From NCBI RefSeq assembly GCF_009914755.1, contig NC_060932.1: a stretch of DNA of 64,000 nt; one strand, 5' to 3'. The position numbers were made by a program, and so were the translations under genes. The notes below the pieces were generated by a model. That model was not told the origin of the DNA and did not search any database. It worked only from the letters and a program-made list of their open reading frames with translations. This DNA is from the human T2T-CHM13v2.0 reference genome, Homo sapiens. Positions 59,968 through 64,000 of the stretch are shown one piece after another. How positions within the stretch are numbered: the stretch's first letter is position 1; each line of letters starts with the position of its first letter.

Positions 59968-62824
59968 CTACAAACATATAGCAGTTTACGCATGACAAAT
60001 GAGAAGATTTTAGCTCATTTTGAAAATTTCACTGGGTGTTTGAATGTATTTATTTTCAGTTTTATCTTTTGTATACTTTTAAGCATTCCAAGAAATGTTT
60101 ACTCAAATTAGATAGAAGTTTTGCTGAAACGGCAAAAGTCATCTCCAAGTTGCTCCATAAGAACAGTAAATATCCCATCGTACTAAAATCTGTAAATATG
60201 GCAGTATCCTTAGCTGAAATGCAGACTTTAGGCAAGTTGAACATGAAGCAACCTGACTTTGCAAGTGGGGAGTTGACAAAGAGCCCTGCAAATGTCAACC
60301 TCCTTCACAAACTATTTTCTTCAAACTGTTTTTACATACTTCTGGACTTTAGATGATAATTTTTCAGTAGGAGTCTTTGAGGGTGAGAAAACACTAACTT
60401 GCTTTAATAACCCAACATCATATCTACAGAAAACATTCTTCCAACATCATCAATGTACTATTAGGAAGAAAGGGTAATAAAGTCAACTGTATTCCTATCT
60501 TAGAGACATTTTTAGCAGTATGTCTTCTGTTATAAAATAGCAGTTGAAACTTGCATTTGTGCAGCTGTAATGCAATAAAAGGACCTTAATAATTCCTTTT
60601 CAACTGTAAGAAAGAATATGCCTTGTCAACGGAACGTAAAAGTCATGATTTCAAAGACCATGTAGGAGAAGAAGTGTCCTTTATTATGATAAAAAAGACT
60701 CTGTCACTTCCCTATTTATATATATATATATATATTATTTTCTCTCCATGTTGTTTTAACTTATTATACCTTAGCTAATTTTGCATCCTTTAACTGACTG
60801 ACTCAGATAAATACTATTCTACAAACTTAGTCAAAACTAGATACCTACCACCCAAATATGTATCTACAGGTAACTTGAAGAAAATCCCACCAATTAAAAG
60901 GCTTTACACATAGAGAATCTCACTAAGATGAAAGCCATACTTTTCATGTTTTGACATTAACGTCCCAGGTAGTTCAGAAAATCATGAAAAATGTACTTAA
61001 CATTTGTCCTTTCAGACTGGCAGATGGAAGCGATCCTAAAGCTTATTTAGATTAGACATTATAAAATTTTGAAATTTGTAGCCTTTTTTTTTCTAAAATA
61101 AAGAATAGTTGATCAAGGCCTGACATTGTCAGTAGGTGGTAGTTATCTAAACAATGATCCTGTCTACTACTGCCACCATGTTATCAGTAAAGTACAATTT
61201 TTAAAAATCTAAGAACAGAAATAATTAGTTATATGTAACCACATACATGAATATGAAACATTGTGAAAAGTTTACAACAGCGGCCTTATTCTTTTTTTTT
61301 TTTTTTTTTTTTTACAAGCTATTGAACAATCTCATTGCTTTTACCAGCCAGTTCATGGACTGGCATTTGGGAAACACCCTTCTAGTCCAGCTTTCCATCC
61401 TACAGGAAGATGAGGACAACAGTTTAGAGGCTGAGCTGGAAAGAAGACACTTCTTCTCATTCCCAACTAGCTTTCCTTCCCTCATACCCACTGAAGACCT
61501 AACACCTAGTGTTGGCTTCCAAGTCATGTTGCCTCTCAGTCTTTGTTTTCTTATTTTTAAAACTGAGTTACTAATTTAAGACCCACTCTAAGGTCACTTT
61601 GAGCTAATGTCTAAGATGGAAGAATATAGATGCTTCACCCAGTGGAGCATGCTTAGACTCAAAGACAACATCTGGAAAATTTCTTACTAGGATATAAACC
61701 AAATGGGGAGAGACATAGTTGAGAATGTGAATCATATTTCACTAATGGGTACTTGTTGTCTATGAACCAGCTGGGTGGCTCCATTCTGTCAGCAAGTGAG
61801 GCGGGGTCCTGTCAGGTCTAATGAGCAGCTCTGCTCACACCACACCTCTCTGCTCCAGACATGCAATTCAGAGACTTTCTCAAGGGCCGTGCACAAAAAA
61901 AGGCTATTCTTTGAAATTTACATGCTTCAATCCATCCTAATCACTGCTGGTAGTGCTTATGGTAATAGCTAATATGTGAGAACAGGAACAGTTGCCCGGA
62001 TACTGGCCAGTTACTAGAATGAAAAACACTTGCTAAATAAAATTTGGTGGTGCGTTAATGTAGAAATGACAGACACACAACGTCTAGAAATAAAACACTT
62101 TTGCTCTCCCACTTGCAACGTGAAAGAAAAATCAAATGTCAGCTTTCTGTTTTTAATGAATTTTAAAATGCAGAGTAGGGTGATTGTTGCTCAGCAACTG
62201 AGATGAAAGCAGCCATGGGCCCTCCCTGGTGGGAAGCCCTGGGCTCCTGTGTGATTTCCTGAAAGGGTGGGAATGGGGTAGAACATGGCTGAGATGGGGT
62301 TCCCTGCCAGCTGTGGTGAGGGTGGAACGCAAACTAACTTGGATTGAGAAAGATAAGAAAAGAGACAGTTATTGAACCCCAGTGTTTAGGCTGAGAATCA
62401 GATGAGGTGAAGGTGAGGTCCTACAGATACTAATGAATGAATGGAGGGATGACTCATTAATTAGACACTAGCATACGACTATGTAACCACAGTGCATTTA
62501 ACACATGGTGTCTTTCAAGGCACACAAAGAGAAAGGGGCAAAGTTCTGACGATGTAAGTAACAATGGACAAAAAGGAAAATGCAAAATGATCAATAAATA
62601 TCTGACCTACTGAATTATCCAGCATCTTAGTCCCTCAATTTCATTCCAGTTTTTTTGTTTGTTTTGTTTTGGCTTAGTTCTTGGATCTCTACTTTGTATT
62701 TTAATTTAGCACATCTTTACATAGGATACGGCTCAATAGATGGAAATTAAATGAACGGACTAAAATGGAAGTAAGCCTTGAAATGTTTGAGACTTTTACA
62801 AGAAAATTTTACCTTATTAAAATT

Positions 62825-63134
62825 AGTAGTAATAGTATTAGTTTTATTATTTGAGAAAAGGTCTCACTCTGTCACTGAGGCTGGAGTGCAGTGGTGCGAT
62901 CTTGGCTCACTGCAACCTCTGCCTCCTGGATTCAATCGATTCAAATGCCTCAGGCTTCTAAGTAGCTGAGACTGCAGGCATGCACCACCACACTTGGCTA
63001 ATGTTTGTATTTTTGGTAGTGAAAGGGTCTTCCTCTGTTGCCCAGGTTGGTCTCAAACCCCTGAGCTCATGCAGTCTGTCTGACTTGGCCTCCCAAAGTG
63101 CTGGAATTACAGGCATGAGCCACTGTGCCTGGCC
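62825..63134 (-). mobile_element. Alu (J/S, diverged)
   Basis: Antisense dimer; TSD ACCTTATTA(A/G)AATT at 62811-62824 and 63136-63149. Confidence 0.9.
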
Positions 63135-64000
63135 CACCTTATTAGAATTTTGAACAGAAACACTGAGTATGTATTTGCATGCACGTGTATGTGTGTGTGT
63201 ATGAGTATGAGTGTGTTTGGTGTGTGTGTAGCTAACGTGGATATAGGCAAGAGTTCATCACAGAGAACTACATATTCCCATATTTGACATATTTCCTCTA
63301 AATGCTGTGATGCACATTTCAAATGTAGTATAACTTTAAGAGAAGCTCAAAAATACGAACAAATTTGAAATAAAAAAACTATGACCACCAGGTTTAGATA
63401 GCGTTTTTTTAAAAAAATGTATATTCTTTTTTAAGTTTTACAACTTGTTTTTGTTTTCAGCTCACTTTTAATGAGCACAAACGAAGCTCACTTCACGTGA
63501 GATACAGGCACAGCTTACTCTGTCAGGATTACTGAGAAAGTCAAGTTCAATTCTGCCTCAGTTTTAATGATTTCTTCCAAGCTGGCTCAGAGAAAGCCAT
63601 GGAACCAACGAAATACAAACAATGCTTCTATTCCGGACAAGTGAATAGGTCTCAGTTCTCAGGGTGCCAACCTAGGGAGAGGGGACGCATCCCAAACAGG
63701 GGCTGATAGGGACCTTGTGTCCACGGCATAAAGGCTTAACCAGCTGCGACCTCTAGGTAGAAATTCTTGATCAGAGATGTGCTTTTCTCCTGTTCATAGC
63801 CAAATGCTGTACTTTTCATAATATTCATCTCCTCCCTCCCCACCACCCAATAGTTACATTTGGCTTTTAGATGTCCACAGATGGCACTTCCTTTCTTGCA
63901 AAAATTTTAGATAGAACATGAATAACAGATTCAGGCAAAGATACCATGTCTGAATCATTAGTAACACAAAAGACTCAATGCTTCCTGAATATTTTACACT

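Noticed and set aside
60036-60356. 106 aa ORF and a GTTGACA/TGTCAAC hairpin at 60272-60299
   Set aside because: Non-ATG start and no recognisable homology; a 7 bp stem is expected by chance.
63745-63890. CTCF-like words (GCGACCTCTAGG, CCACAGATGGCAC)
   Set aside because: Each has several mismatches at core positions.

Overview
AT-rich, repeat-dense primate (human or ape-like) genomic DNA, most likely deep intronic or intergenic. No host protein-coding gene can be recognised, and nearly all listed ORFs are Alu-, L1- or simple-repeat artefacts. Main contents: a ~4.0 kb 5'-truncated, inactivated L1PA3-like element with TSDs (25196-29217); six older L1 3' fragments; about 20 Alus (J, S and Y, several nested or internally duplicated); MaLR, ERVL and ERV1 solo LTRs (MLT1, MLT2, MER66-like); DNA-transposon relics (MER58, MER33-like, MADE1, MER3, MER53, MER30); and L2/MIR fragments. 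The more unusual items are a ~580 bp almost pure-purine G-rich repeat (22782-23360), a TSD-flanked tailless 5S rRNA retropseudogene (29813-29854), a perfect 40 bp duplication of an Alu B-box/DR2 segment (33445-33524), a diverged ~75 bp minisatellite, several strong stress-response motifs (NRF2/ARE, HSEs), and a speculative minus-strand micro-exon chain near 59.4-60.0 kb. I see no convincing evidence of a new biological system. Repeat subfamily calls come from recalled consensus sequences, boundaries of old elements are approximate, and both need RepeatMasker/Dfam confirmation.
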